Below are positions 26,599 through 40,238 of a DNA stretch of 64,000 nt, piece after piece. The number at the start of each line of letters is the position of its first letter. The stretch's first letter is position 1. The position numbers were made by a program, and so were the translations under genes. The notes beneath the pieces are model-generated. The model was not told the DNA's origin and ran no database searches. It was given only the letters and a program-made list of their open reading frames with translations. Source of the DNA: Felis catus (Eukaryota); NCBI RefSeq assembly GCF_018350175.1, contig NC_058368.1:48858001-48922000 (forward strand), read 5' to 3'.

Positions 26599-27275
26599 AT
26601 TGAGTATTTACCCAAAGAAAATGAAAACACTAACTTGAAAAGATATCTGCACCCCTATGTTTACTGCAGCATTATTTGCAATAGGCTAGACATGGAAGCA
26701 ACCTGAGTGTCCATCAACAGATGAATGGATAAGGAAAACGTGGTACACACACACACAGACACACACACAGACACACACACACATACACACACACATACAC
26801 ACACAGAGGAACGTTATGTAGCCATTAAAAGCACGAGATCATGCCATTTGGCACAACATGGATGGACTAGAGGGTATTATGCTAAGTGAAATAAGTCAGA
26901 CAGAGAAAGACAAATACCATATGGTTCTAGTCACAAGTGAAACCTAAGAAAATACTACAAATGAATAAAGAAACAAAAAGCAGAACCAGACCTATAAATA
27001 CAGGAAACAAATGGATGATTGCCGGAGGAGATTGGGCAAAATGAATGAAGGGGAATGGGAGATACAGGCTTCTAGTTATGGAATGAATAAAGTCCCAGGG
27101 ATAAAAAGCACAGAATAGGGAATATAGTCAATGATATTGTAATAGCATCCTATGGTGACAGATGGTAGCCACACTTGTGGTGAACGTAACATCATGTATA
27201 AACTTATTAAATCACAAAGCTGTATACCTGAAACTAATGTAACATTATGTGTCAACTATACTTAAAAAAATTTCA
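26599..27275 (+). mobile_element. 5'-truncated carnivore L1 (ORF2 end plus 3'UTR)
   Basis: gatatctgcacccctatgttt...gctaagtgaaataagtcagacagagaaagac; TSD aaag(t/g)agtcctaca at 26585-26598 and 27276-27289; internal (CA)n. Confidence 0.93.
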
Positions 27276-28014
27276 AAAGGAGTCCTACATAAATATACAA
27301 AGAAGCAAAGATAAGAAACTTTGGTAACACCCACGATATGGAGGGATTTCTATGATGATAAAGACTGTATATTTAAGAATCAAAGGAATCCAATATAGTA
27401 TCATAAACCCATTTTAAGTTGAGTGAATTCATTCGGAGAAGCTTGAAATTTCAACATTTCTCCACAGTATTGCTAAGAATACTGTTAAATTTCAACTAAT
27501 GTTAAATTATCACAGGTAATAATAACACATTGATGGAAGTGGGACAATTTAAATTTTGGGTAATCAAATATTTCAGAAGTCAGGTTATCAAGATCTCTAG
27601 GTCACTTTCTCCTTCGATTTTGAATTTTTTTATCTGGAAATCATAACCTAAAAGTACCTTACATTGTGGGCAAAAGTAATGAAATTAAGTATATTCTACT
27701 ATTGCAGTAGCAGAGTCACTGTATAAGATTCTCAACCCAAAGTTAACACGAAACCCTAGTTTCATCATAATACTGATACACATTGCTTTCCCACTATAGA
27801 TACCTGAGAGTTGGTTGTTGTCAAAGTACTTTTTCAGTTTTATTTTTCTAGGGCATTTGCCTGAAAGATGCTGGGAATAATAAAGCATGTGACCAAGAGG
27901 AGATAAGGATATGAGTTTGGGATACAGACGTAGACTACACATAGATGTAGACTGAGTTCATCTACTCTTTCCGCTTTTGGTGAGGGAAATTTATCTTCAT
28001 TAAAGATGCCCTTC

Positions 28015-28158
28015 TGAAAAATTAACAACTTAGTTCCTCAGTTACATTAGCCAGGTTTCAAATACTCAATAGCCATATGTGTGTGGTTAGTGGGTACTGC
28101 AATGGACAGTGGAGATATAAAACATTTCCATCGTTGCAGAAAATCCTATTGGACAGCA
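28015..28158. mobile_element. MER3-like hAT DNA transposon relic
   Basis: tagccaggtttcaaatactcaatagcca...aacatttccatcgttgcagaaaatcctattggacagca. Confidence 0.75.
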
Positions 28159-29104
28159 ATGTTTATGTTCAGATTTCAGATCCACACTGGAGTTAGGAAC
28201 AGGGAAAAAGAAGAGAAGCTAACATGGCAGGATTTCATCAGCACGTGGTGGTTTGTGAAATTACAGAAGATGGAAAAATGGAAAAGATGTAATGTCCTAA
28301 ATTCTTTTAAAGTTTAGTGCTCTGTAAAGAAAGAGTTTTATGCACAAGAGTAAAATTCCATAAAAGATGTAGAAACACAGAAAAAAACAGGTTAACTTTT
28401 AGCTCTGTATTTAACATACTTCTGCTTCTCAACTTATTATTATTGAGGAAGGGAACAAGCCAGCTTGTTTCCAGGCACGTCTTTTACAGGACTCGTTGAA
28501 ACCAGGGACTCCTTTGCTCAAACTGTTTCATGAGAATCTAATTCCATAAGAGCTCTTGGGCCACTGCATTTGTCCAAAGATTACCCATAGTAGTGGGTAA
28601 GGGTAGGACCGTGGCAAATAGATATTAGAAAAGTTTTTAAAATTAATTGAAATTTCATAGTTTCTGGGGCTCCAGGGACACGACAAAAATGGGGAAAACG
28701 TTATGAATGAAGAGAAGGTGTAGAGAGCTTTCTGTGCTGGAGCCAAATGAAACACACATTGAAACCAATCAAGGAAATAATTGTATAAGAGGTCACGGGA
28801 AAAACCAGTGAGCACTACTATTTTAGTTTTTAAGCCAGAGCTGAAGAGAGAAGGCAGTATGTAAGATAATGAAAGAATGGAAGAAGGTTATATTTGAAAG
28901 AGTGTCACTAATATTCATGTATCATTTTCAACATGAAGAAACTCTGAATTTTTATTTTTATGTTAAATATGTCCAATGTTAAATGCATCTAATTACCAGT
29001 TCAGTGATAAAAGATTCAGGAACAAAGATAATTTTTCTGTGAAGACACAAAAAGAAAGAGGTCTTAGAGATATGGAATTATGTTTGGATTTAAACATCAG
29101 AAGT

Positions 29105-29705
29105 TCATTAATTCTTCATCCATTTATTCAACAAATATTTGCTGAGCCCCCCTTTTTTTGTGATGGGCATTGCTGTAGATGCTGAGGAACAAACCTAAGT
29201 TCATCCCCTAATGGAGCTTGCCTTCCAGTGAGGGAAGGCAGACAATAAACAAATCAACAAATATACAGAGTGTCAGATGTTTGTAAGTGCTCTGGAAGAG
29301 GTAAAGAGGGCTAGAAGGGATCAAAGATATTGGAGGTAGCAGGTACCTGTGAGTGATAGTGGAGGCTGCTATTTTATATAATGTGGTCAGGGAAGGTCTC
29401 ACTGAAACCGTGGGATTTGAGCGGACATCCAAAGGAGACACAGGAGCCAGCAGGCACCCATCTAGAGGAACACTGTTTCAGGCACAGGAATTCAGGACGG
29501 TTCTGAAGTTGACCTACTGTCTAATAAACAGTAAGGAGTTTGGTGTGGCTGAACTTGAGTGAATGAGGTAAGATGGGAGAAGTTCCGGAAGGAGCAGAGT
29601 GCAGAACCTTGGCCTTTGCAAAGGTAATGGGCTTTCTCTGAAAGAGACAGGCAGCCACTGCAAGGGTCTGAGCAGAAGGGCAATGTGACTGGGCTCATGC
29701 TTTGC
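29105..29705 (-). mobile_element. L2 3' region
   Basis: ttcatccatttattcaacaaatatttgctgag start; gtggtcagggaaggtctcactga. Confidence 0.8.
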
Positions 29706-30389
29706 TGGTGATTTTCTGTCCTTGTCTCCCATGTATGCCTTTCACAGCACCTTTTATTTGCTTGCCACATAAATTGCAGTGGATATGTACAATTATGTCA
29801 GTATTATGGGATTCATTTCTACCAAATTTGGGCCACATTTAATTAATGGTAGAATTTTCCATTGCATTTTTACAATAACATACACGTGTCTTAGGTTACA
29901 CAGCAAATATCAGCAAAAGAAAATTGAATTTAGGTTTCTTTACATCTCTGAATACTGCCCTCCTCTTGTTTTTTTGTATTTTTTTTTTTAAATTGAACTC
30001 TAAGTTTTAGGTGCCTGTAAGATATTTTTGAAAGAAAATTCCATGGACAGTTTTGGTATAAAGTGTTCAACATGTGCACGCCATGGAAAGAATTCAAAGC
30101 AGGGTGAGTAGAACTTAGAAACTGTTTTGTAGTGTTCCTATTTTCTACTTGTTAATTTTTTTTTTTTTTAATTTTAAGGTTCAAGGAACTTTGGGCCAAG
30201 GGCGGGTCCAAGCAGCCACCACAACCCCAAGCTTCTGTTTCTGTTCCTCAGCTCCAACAGTTCAAGGAGGTGAAAGAAAGACAAAATAAGAAAAAAAAGA
30301 AGAGAGGCTAGTTCAGAAAGAGGTAGAGAAATGCTGGGAAGTTCTCTCTTCTTTTTTTCCCAAACTGGGAAGTATAAAGCAGACTTCCT

Positions 30390-30597
30390 GGGTGCCTGGG
30401 TGGCTCAGTCAGTTAAGCTCCTGACTCTTGGTTTCAACTCAGGTCATAATCTCAGGGTTTCATGACTTTGAGCCCTGCATCAGGCTCTGCACTGTTAGTG
30501 CAGAACCCTGTGGGATTCTCTTTCTCCCTCTCTCTGCACCTCCCCCACTTGCAGGGTCTCTGTCTCTCTCAAAATAAATTAACCTTAAAAAAAAAAA
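30390..30597 (+). mobile_element. Can-SINE
   Basis: Perfect 14-bp TSD aaagcagacttcct at 30376-30389 and 30598-30611. Confidence 0.96.
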
Positions 30598-31247
30598 AAA
30601 GCAGACTTCCTTCATGTAAAAAATATTTCTAGTGGAAAAAAGTGGTTATAGCAAGAGGAAATCACATTTAGTTCCATAAGAAGACCTAGTTGGGTATCTT
30701 TTTGAAGTGGAAGCAATTTCAGATAATTGAATGGATAAAATTATACAGAAGAATATTAAAAAATATTCTTACAGAATGAGAGGGCAATTTTGAAGAGCAA
30801 GGCAATGAAAATAAACAAATGGTATCATCCTTGATAATAAAGAAATGTTCATTTAATCAAATTGCCTTGCTTTTCCTGACTAGTAGATGTACCTTCATTT
30901 ATTTGAGATGCTGTTCTCGGTTGCTGGTGTATGACTTTGGGTCTACACAGTAGCCAGTGTTTAATTCATGGTGGCATGAACAGAAGTGGGGGTTTCAAAG
31001 ATGACCTCTAGGGTTTGAAGGTCAAAGGAACTATTTAGAAACAGAGATGTACAATTAATGTGTAAGAGGGAGGGCAGGGATGGGTATATGGACTTGTTTC
31101 TTCATTTCTCTTTAAGATTATTTCTGGGCTGGTTTCATTTCAGAGGCAGGCATCATCTTGCCTTGCTTCCTAACTATGTCACTGAGAATTTTAAGAGTGT
31201 GTGGTTTTAGGTGTTTAACTCAGTTCAGAAGATATCTGATATAGTTT

Positions 31248-31274
31248 AGAAAAAAAATTTTATTTATTTATTTT

Positions 31275-31320
<46 letters not shown>

Positions 31321-31452
31321 AGAATATCCCAAGCAGGCTCCATGTTGCCAGTGCAGAGCCTGATACAGAGCTCGAACTTACAAATGGTGAGATCATGACC
31401 TGAGCCAAGATCCAATCAGTCGCTCAACTGACTAAGCCACCCAGGGATTCCC
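31248..31452 (-). mobile_element. Can-SINE with expanded (GA)n
   Basis: gagatcatgacctgagcc...actaagccacccagg; flanked by ctgatat(ct)agttt. Confidence 0.93.
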
Positions 31453-32895
31453 TGATATCTAGTTTTTAATACAAAATTCATCCTTGCAGTTTGAAATTCA
31501 TTTTTGTTTGCCATCTAATAATAATATTGAAGAAAGATGAGCTGAAAAGATTTTAATAGTCCATTCAATAAAGGAAAGCAGTTTCCAGAATTAGCTCTGG
31601 AAACTGGATTTAGGAAGGTGAAGAGTTAGGTCTGGGATTTGGGGATGGGACTGAGAAAACCAAGTAGGCTTTGAGCCATGGTAGGCTGTCACTGGACTTG
31701 TCCACACAGTTGCCCTTACAGGACTGACATTGACAAAGGGGGAACTTCCTGGGACATCTTTCAACTAAGGACAGTGATTAAACAAATGTTCTCCTGAGGA
31801 GAAAATTTCTATCACATTTTGATATGTCCAAGATTCAATATTGCATTTCCAGGTGCCTAGCTTCTTAAACAACATTTTCAAAGACAGTTAGATCTGCTGC
31901 CTTAAAAAAAAAAAACAAAAAACAAAAAACCAACCACTTTCAGGTTCACGTATCTTTTATATTTTGTAGAATTCTACATAGAGGAACAGCACATCTAGAA
32001 CAGTATTTTAATATAGCCCTTAACTGGCCATCTTAACTACAACAGATCTCTGATTATTTTTGCAGCTAACAATGCAAACCCAGAAAAATCCCTACATGGA
32101 AATCCTAGTCCTCCTGATCACCAGCGCTTAACACTGTACAATGAAGGCCACCCAAAATAAATCAGTGCCATAATTTCCATGATGACAGTCCCCAATACAG
32201 CATTTTGTTATTGTTTCCTTCAAATCACTAGGATTCTTCCCATGTGCTGTCATGTCTCTAGATAACAGCCTCATGGAGATTAAATGTGAGTTTAAATGAA
32301 CTTTTACATGCCTCTATATTTTCTTCTTGGATTTTATTATTTTTAGAGGCAAGTGATGAAAGGTTATTCCCTGCAAGATTTAGCCAGTTAAACGTGCAGC
32401 ATAAAAACCTGAAGCCCTGCAGTCAGACACATAAAGAGCAGAGGGGAAAATGGGAAAATGTTCCACTGGGGCTGCAGCTTTTTAGAGTATGCAGGAATGA
32501 TGTCATTTGTTTTTACAAAACCCAGTTTAAAGTTGTTCCTGCCTTTCAAGAACTGCAGCAGAGTGCATCTGTGGAGACTTCCTGCATACCATAATTCAGG
32601 ACGTTAGAGTATATGCTGCATCAAAATCCAACCAATCACAGGGTGTAGTCTTGCCCTCCCTGGTTTTCCTCTGCTCCCCCTACCTGAAGCAAGTGTGTGC
32701 TGCCCGAGTCAGGTCCTCTGCTCAGCACCCTGCAGCTCTGTTACAACCTCAGAGGCATCACTCCATGCCTCGAGTGGTTTAAAGGAGAACAATACCAAAA
32801 TAAAAACTTCCGGTTTCACACGTGCATTCATTTCATTGACAAATAACCTCTGAGCAAAGGTCTATCTGTGAAGTATGTTTTGGTTTCGTGTTGTT

Positions 32896-33117
32896 TAAAA
32901 AAAATTTTTTTTAATGTTTATTTATCTTTGAGAGAGAGAAAGAGACAGAGTGCCAATGGGGGAGGAGCTGAGAGAGAGGGAGACACAGAATCCAAGGCAG
33001 GCTCCAGGCTCTGAGCTGTCAACACAGAGCTGGACGTGGGGCTCTAACTCACAAGCCATAAGATCATGACCTGAGCCACAGTCAGACGCTTAACAGACTG
33101 AGCCACGTAAGCGCCCC
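32896..33117 (-). mobile_element. Can-SINE
   Basis: Full body ending gcgcccc on the + strand. Confidence 0.95.
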
Positions 33118-33504
33118 TTGTTTGCTCTAAATTAAATGTTGGCCATTTGCATTTGCAAGCCCTGGTGCAGTACTGGAACCGTCACAAGAGGTAAGGAAAC
33201 AAATCCTGGGCTCTTGGACTCTCAGTGGCAGAAGCAAGACCTTCAAATTCAATACTAACAGTTGCCTTTTCACAAAGCAGACTCCATTCCTGTGTATACA
33301 TTCACACGTGATGATTGGAAAATCAGCTGTGAAGGAGATACAGCATTTTTCAAGCTATATTCAAGGAACAGAAAGAGATTATGGTATGAAGTTGACTTAC
33401 ACACACAGTGGTTAAGACACAGAGTGAGAAAGAGAAGTACTAGTTTAGTGAGTGTATCACCTCGTTTGTCCTCCGTATGTGTGTAGAGCATATTGACAAC
33501 AATG

Positions 33505-33890
33505 GTATCTGTGTGGGGGTTCTTTGGTTGTGAGCAGCAGAAACAGAAGTCTGGCTAATTTAAACCAAAAAGATGTTTATTGGAAACTCACAGAATGAAA
33601 GGAAGGCTGAAGAGCTGACCCAGAAATGACAGGGGCTGTTATGGGGGTCTCTGTAGCAGGAACTGCTTATGGGGATTGCCAGTGCCCTGCTCCTCTACAG
33701 AATGATGTCCAAGCTTCCTCTCCTCTCCTCTCATCATTCTGCCTAAGGGACAAAGTTCCAGGGGATACTGTCCTGTTGGCTCATTGGTCACATGCACATC
33801 CCTTGGCCTGTGAGGACCTTGGCTTGGCTGACACACAGGGACACCTCACAAAGGGACTGGAGAAACTGCCAAAGGAGGTGGGGGCACTAT
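33505..33890 (-). mobile_element. Old MaLR (MLT1-type) LTR relic
   Basis: ttctttggttgtgagcagcagaaac...ctggctaatttaaacc; tcattggtcacatgcacatccc. Confidence 0.5.
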
Positions 33891-34029
33891 TTCTATAAGG
33901 GGGAATGGACACTGTTTGCTCTTCCCTATCATCATGACCACTGCCTTGGGTCAGAGCCTCAGAATTTCTTGCCTGGCTTAACAAGCCTCCTTTACCTCAT
34001 CTTTAAAATCTTTTAATGGTTCATTATTT

Positions 34030-34141
34030 GTAAGTGAAAAATCAGGAACTTTTGAAAATGAAAACAGATGCTATTGATAGTTACATCAATAAGAGGCATA
34101 AACTGGGACCATCTTTATCAAACTGGATATGTGGCCATCCT
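34030..34141. mobile_element. hAT-Blackjack (MER81/MER94-like) fragment
   Basis: aaactgggacc...aaactggatatgtggccatcct terminus. Confidence 0.45.
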
Positions 34142-37100
34142 CCTTTCATCACAAACTTCTACTTCTCTGTGCTTGATGAATAACTACACTATTCGTTAAG
34201 ACTTAACAACTCAAGGAACACTGAGAACTCTTCAAGGATAGAAACTTTATTTTTCTAGGTTGCCAGAATCTTATTTTCTGGGCTACTAGACTTTGTGAAC
34301 CTATAAATCCTGTAGGCTGGCTTTCAGTTAGATGTAACCTTCTGATTTCAGGAAAGCTGGAATTGGGCTGTAACCTTCTGACCTTGTGCATACACAGAGA
34401 TCTACCCTGGATTGTCTTTTCCAAGGTCTGCTCTGTCCATGGGATAAATCACAAGGGTGTGTTATTGGTCCCATTTGTGCTCAGGCCATGTCCCGAGATC
34501 CTTCCTTAAGCAATATCTTCCTCGTAAAACAGACTTTCAAAACATTCCTGAATTTTTCTGCATAGTTGCATCACAGAGTAAGGATCAAAGAGGTTTCCTA
34601 GATCAAGCAGAACCCCAAGCGGATTCCATCTAGGCCTCTCCGAAGGCCTGGCTGACAGACTAATGAGTTGTGCTTTAATCCACACGGATGCCCTTTCTGC
34701 TTCCAGCTGGGTGCTGTGAGAATTGGGAACCCAAGCCTAATGAGCTACAATGTGCTACACCAAAGCTCTGTGACAAAGGCCTAGGCTTTCAGGGCAGACC
34801 AGTGCCCCAAACCCAAATACATCCTGTACCAGATTTCCCACGTCGTCTCTCCTGTTGTTCGTATCATTCTCCACCTTATCCATACTGTTTCCCTTTTTTT
34901 GGAAATGTTTTATCTTTCTATCAGTCATTCTAGAGCACCACTCATTCATTCTTTCAGTTCTGGAGCAGGACTTTTACCCTTTCTTGGAGCCCTGTTGGCT
35001 CCTTGTGCAGAAAACAAAGCATGGGATGCGATTGAAATATGAGATTTTATCTAAGTGCCAAATGTGATAACAAATACTGCACCAGAGCAATGTTATGGAA
35101 AATTGTGGTTAAAAGTGAAAATGAGCAATGTTTATATTATGCTGACGGATACGGTTTTTTATTTCTATAAGCTTTACTTCATAATATTCAATAATTTGAG
35201 AGAAAAATGAATGAACTGTGGAACAAAAGAGAGGAACGTAATTCTATGCAAGGGGTGAACATCTATTAGCCATTTAGGAAGCCTGGTAGAGAGACGACCT
35301 CACTCTTTGAAAGTAACATAAATGAAAATGCAGTGGAAAGTGATGTATAATCGAGAAACTCAGCTGAGGGCAGTGCAGAGTAGCTCCTAAACTAGAAAGT
35401 TGAAAAGTTCTTGGTAAAAGAATACATGCATCAGTGCCTATCAGACATCAAGTTCTACTAAAGAAGAAAAAAAAATATTTTTCCTATTAGAAATTCTATA
35501 ACACTTCGCATTTTCTGTTGTTCCTGAAAATCATTGTTTCCACACTCTTACTTGAGCTGTTCTGAGAGCCTGTCTATATGATCAGAGGTAGGGTGAAAGA
35601 AAACTGATCGTCTGCATAATTCAATCAGTGTCATTGGTAACACGTTTTTAAACTCCTCCCCTCCCAGTGGCCTCCTCCCCCTGACTATTTTCCCCAGTAG
35701 CATTCTTGATTTTTTTAAAAAAATCTTGAGTTATATGGCTAATTGTTTTCTGTAACTCATGTTGCTTGAGCAGAGCTGGACTGATTCAGTAAGAGTTCCT
35801 TAAAAATATCCACATCTGCAGAGGATATCATGGAGAAAAAAGAGAGATACATATCCATTGGTTGTGCTGGTTACCTAGCTCAAATTTTTAACATATTCAA
35901 AATTTTAAAATGGTGCTTACATACAAAAGCATCTGCACATTCATGTATTAGAACTAGCTTATTCATTCATATTTAATTTCTTCTCTATTTAACTTCATAT
36001 AACTATAAGGCCACTAGAGATCATCAAATGTTTAGGGTTTTTTTTTTCCTTTATAATTTTTTGGACTTAATTAAAAATAGAAAACAAATAGTATGCTGTC
36101 TCTCTCTCTCTCTGTCTTTTAGGGTTTAACCTCTGTGAGGGCAGGATCTATATATATTCTGTACTTACAATAAACATTGAAACTTTGTTCCCTGCTTACA
36201 GTTCAGTGGGGCTCACTTAATAAGTCAAATTCAGTGTTAAATCCTTAAAAAGAAATCTTCCCATCTCCCTGAAAATGTCTTTCTAGTAAAACTTGTTTGC
36301 TAAATAACTAGAACTCCCTTAACAAATAAAACATAACCCTGATTGTTGCTCTTTCCCTCTGAGGTGATGATAAATTGCTGAGGAATAAAAGCCTTCATAC
36401 TAATAACAGAGGAAAGTTAGATCTCATCATTTTGTTTACCAGCTGTCTTTACAATTCTATAATAACCCTAGCCCACATTAAAAAAAAATTGCTCAGAGAT
36501 AGTAAACTAGATGAGAAACAAATGATCTCTGCTGAAATTAATTTAAGCAGGGGAACAGCCTGGAAAGAAAGATTTGATCCAGAAACTTACCTATATCTCA
36601 GGCATGATATCCGGTGACCACATACTCGGTGCTGAAACACAACTCAGGAGCATTACATCATCATGACAAACTTTCATTGGCTGAAGAAACCCCAAGGATA
36701 AGACAGGATTTTAAGGTGCTGTGTGAAAACTCCTGTTGGTTCCTTATCAAGCTATTGCCAAAATACTGAAAGACAGACTTTTCTGCACTAATACTGCCAT
36801 GGCTGAACTTACAAAACATCGTTAACCATTTCTTAAGCATGTTCATCTCCCCTTTAGTCAGTAGTTTTATATTTAACTCTAACCTGTTGGGAGACTTTTT
36901 TTTTTTTTCTTAAAAAATTTTTTTTTTAAATCTTTGTTTTTATTTAGCTTGTTTTTGTTGAAGGTGCACAGTATCACTCTGCGACTGGCTCCTATTTCCC
37001 CTGTTACTCTTCAGGCCACCTTTCCTATTTTTAAACTATATTTGAATCAATAAATCCAGTTTCCTCTCTATTATTTATTCAGTCTTTATTCTCTGTAGGC

Positions 37101-39057
37101 AAAGAAGGCCAGCACCCACAGATTCAAGAAAGCATAAGTATATTTATTTATTGTGAGCAATTTAATTGAACTAGTGCACAAAGCCCTTACTTCCTCATTA
37201 TTCACTTTCATTGTTAGTTGTTTTTTTTTTTTCCTGTTGAACTCTATGAGTTATTTATGTAGTGCTCATTACCATGGTGATTTACAGACCTAAACCATGT
37301 GCGAGATTTCAGTGACTGAGTGAAAGCGAGGGAGCAATGGTCAGAGTCCCCGCACCACTTCTGTGTCCAACCTGCTGCCTGGGGTGACTTCTGACGGAGG
37401 GGCAAGTCCTCTCTTTGTAAAAAGGGGAACAATTTTAACAATTAGATTGGTCATTCAGGAAATGACAATATCATATTACTCGTACGTGTCAACCCCTCTC
37501 TCTCTCTCTCTCTGTCTTTGTCTGTTTGCTCATCTGTGTCCCTCTTTTTATCTCTTTCTCTTAAATTTTGGAGTGCAGAGAAGGACCAGGATGATGACAG
37601 GATGACTGAATCAGTGTCTTCTCGAGTCTCTTGCCTGCTCTCTCTTAAAAACTTGGCTCCTAAGATAGGCAAATACACATGTAAACTAATACCCTATAAA
37701 ATTCCCAAAGCTGGGAACTGAGAAATATGTTACTAGAGCTTGTCTGGCCTGCTCAGCTCGATTGTGAATATCTTCCCTGCCCCCCTCAGACTTTGTCCAC
37801 AGCCACATGACTTGGAGGTGGCCAATCTATCAGTTGCAAGAGGAGTGGCTGCAGAGAATCTGATCTGCAGACAGATCCTTTTACTCCTATTCCTCAGACT
37901 CCAGTCTGGCAAGAACAACTAATGATCATTTTTCCACTATGTAGAGTAATACTAAACATTCGAGGCCCTAGATTAGAGTTCTGAGATGTTTAGGAACATT
38001 TCTAACAGCGATCAGAAGGAGAGAGAGAAAAGAGAACTCTTTCTAATTTTGTCTCTGCTAAGAAGAAGGCAGAGGAGTACCAGTCAAGGGCTCTCATCAT
38101 TGTAGCTAGGAGCAATACATTAAAACGAATCATGTTCCTTGCCCTCAAGATGTTTCATACCAGTAGGGGGACAACATTAATCCACAATTACTGCTGAAGT
38201 CTGATAAAAATATGATAGGTAGATATACATTGGTGGGTGTCTAAATGAGACTGGAAGATTCTAGAAGAGGCAGTTGAGTTGAATTTTGAAGTAGGACTTA
38301 GTTATCTGAAAAGAGAAAGTAAAGAATTCCATTAACAAAGCAGAATGGAAAGGAAAAGAAGAATGGATAGCATGGCTTGTTTGAGTGACAACAAATAACC
38401 TTTGGTTTATGGAAGAAAAGAGCAGTGTGGAGAATAAGACTACATCAGTAGATATCAAATCATGGAGGGTTTTGCGAGCTAAGCTAAGGGATATGGACTT
38501 TAACTTGAGAGGCACTGCAGGTCATTGAGGAACTATAATCAGATTTGCAACTACACTGTATTAGTCTAGTGGTAGTATGGAATAGGTGGGGATGGAACAG
38601 AACCAGGAATATGAGTTAGCTTGCATATCAGTTGCAGGGAACAGATGCACTTTCAAAGGGCTCAACTGAAGAGAGATTACCAAAGGACTATTTACAGGGT
38701 ATAGACAGGGTTAAGGGAATCAACAAAGGATGGTAAAGCACCCAGGGAATCACAACAGCAGGAAGCTGTTACCACCCTATGCCTATTACCAGAGAATGAC
38801 TCCAATGGGAAGCCAGAGAGAAGGAAAGCTGGAAGTTGCAGTAATTATAGGTCGGTCTCTTGGGGCATAGAGATGGGTAAAGAAACATAGAGAAAGTATC
38901 TTGAAGTGGGAGAATGATGGGAAATAAAAAGTAACTAGTGAGGCTGCCTAGCATAGAAGTTCAGGACAGAAACCATCAAGACCTCAACTAAGGTCATGGA
39001 GCTGGAGAAAGTAAACAGATACGAGAAGTTTTAAGAAGACTGACTCAATAGTACTGG

Positions 39058-39105
39058 TGAGTGTGTGTGGGGGGGGGGGTGGGGGGCGGGAAGAAGGAAG
39101 GGTGG

Positions 39106-39173
<68 letters not shown>

Positions 39174-39178
39174 CAGAG
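39058..39178. repeat. Compound (GT)n / poly-G / (GA)n simple repeat
   Basis: Directly visible. Confidence 0.9.
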
Positions 39179-39628
39179 AATATGGAAACTTCTAGGTAGG
39201 ACAATTTGTGGATTGTTTTTTAGTCCTGACAAATGGGTGAACAGTTGTTTGTTCATTGGTGAAAAAGACTTTATAGATATATGCTAGTTGCAGTCTAAGA
39301 AAAGTTGTATTTGCATGCTTCTGGGATCTCTAGATAGAAATGTCTAGAGCTGAGAAGGGAAAGCAAGATCAAAGATGGGCTGGCACACTGGCATGACATG
39401 GGCATGTTGAAACCCAGGCTGTGGATGAGGTCACCCACCCAATAAGAACATGCATAATGTACAGAGAGGGGAGGTGATGTGTAAGCCTGGGGACACTGAC
39501 ATTTAAGGGGCAGCTGTAGTAGAGGAACCCAGGAAGGAAAATAGGAAAAAATGTTGAGACAGGAGAAAAATAAAACACAGAGAAGAGCAGTGTTACAAAC
39601 TATGGGGAAGAGAAGAGCTTCAAGAAGT

Positions 39629-39786
39629 GGGATACCTGGGTGGCTCAGTCAGTTAAATGTCTGGACTGGCAGTGCACAGCCTGCTTGGGATTCTCCCTCT
39701 CCCTCTCTTTCTGCTCCTCCCTTGCTTGTGTGCTCTCCCTCTCTCTATCTCAAAATAAATAAATAAACCCAAAAATTAAAAAAAAA
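39629..39786 (+). mobile_element. Internally deleted Can-SINE
   Basis: Head jumps from agttaaatgtctg to gactggcagtgcacagcctgcttgggattc, lacking the caggtcatgatctc segment; flanked by aagaagtg. Confidence 0.9.
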
Positions 39787-39912
39787 GAAGTGTTTTGGAG
39801 GACAATTCAGGAAAGAAGTCTAGTGAGCTAAGGATAGTACAAATACCCATTGGTCTGAATGTAATATGGAGGTCATTGGTAATGCTGGGAAGAAGAAGTT
39901 TAGTACATGAAT

Positions 39913-40238
39913 TTGAAAACTGCCCACGGACCAGATTTGGCCTGCCACCTGTTTGTGTATGGTTGATAACTTAAGAATGTCTTTGTATTTTTAAATGGTT
40001 GAAAAAAATCAAAAGTATAATAATACTTTGCCATCCATAAGCGTTATATTACATTCAAATTTAAGTGTCCATAAGAAGTTTTATTGGAATGCATCTAATA
40101 TAATCTGTTTATGTATTGTCTGTGTTGGTTTTCACGCTGTAACAGCAAAGCTGAGTAGTTGCAACACAAACCGTATGGCCTGCAAAACCAAAAACATTTG
40201 CCATCTGGGCCTTTGCAGAAAAAGTTTGCTGACCCCTG
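39913..40238. mobile_element. MER58(B)-like hAT-Charlie DNA transposon
   Basis: ggcctgccacctgtttgtgta...gctgagtagttgcaac...ctttgcagaaaaagtttgctgacccctg terminus. Confidence 0.85.

Larger units (their letters stand above)
38100..39900 (-). mobile_element. Fragmented L2 interrupted by an LTR-like piece (~38620-38990), simple repeats and a SINE
   Basis: gttccttgccctcaag, atggactttaacttgagaggcact, gctgtggatgaggtcaccca, ggaggtcattggtaa L2-like motifs. Confidence 0.5.
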
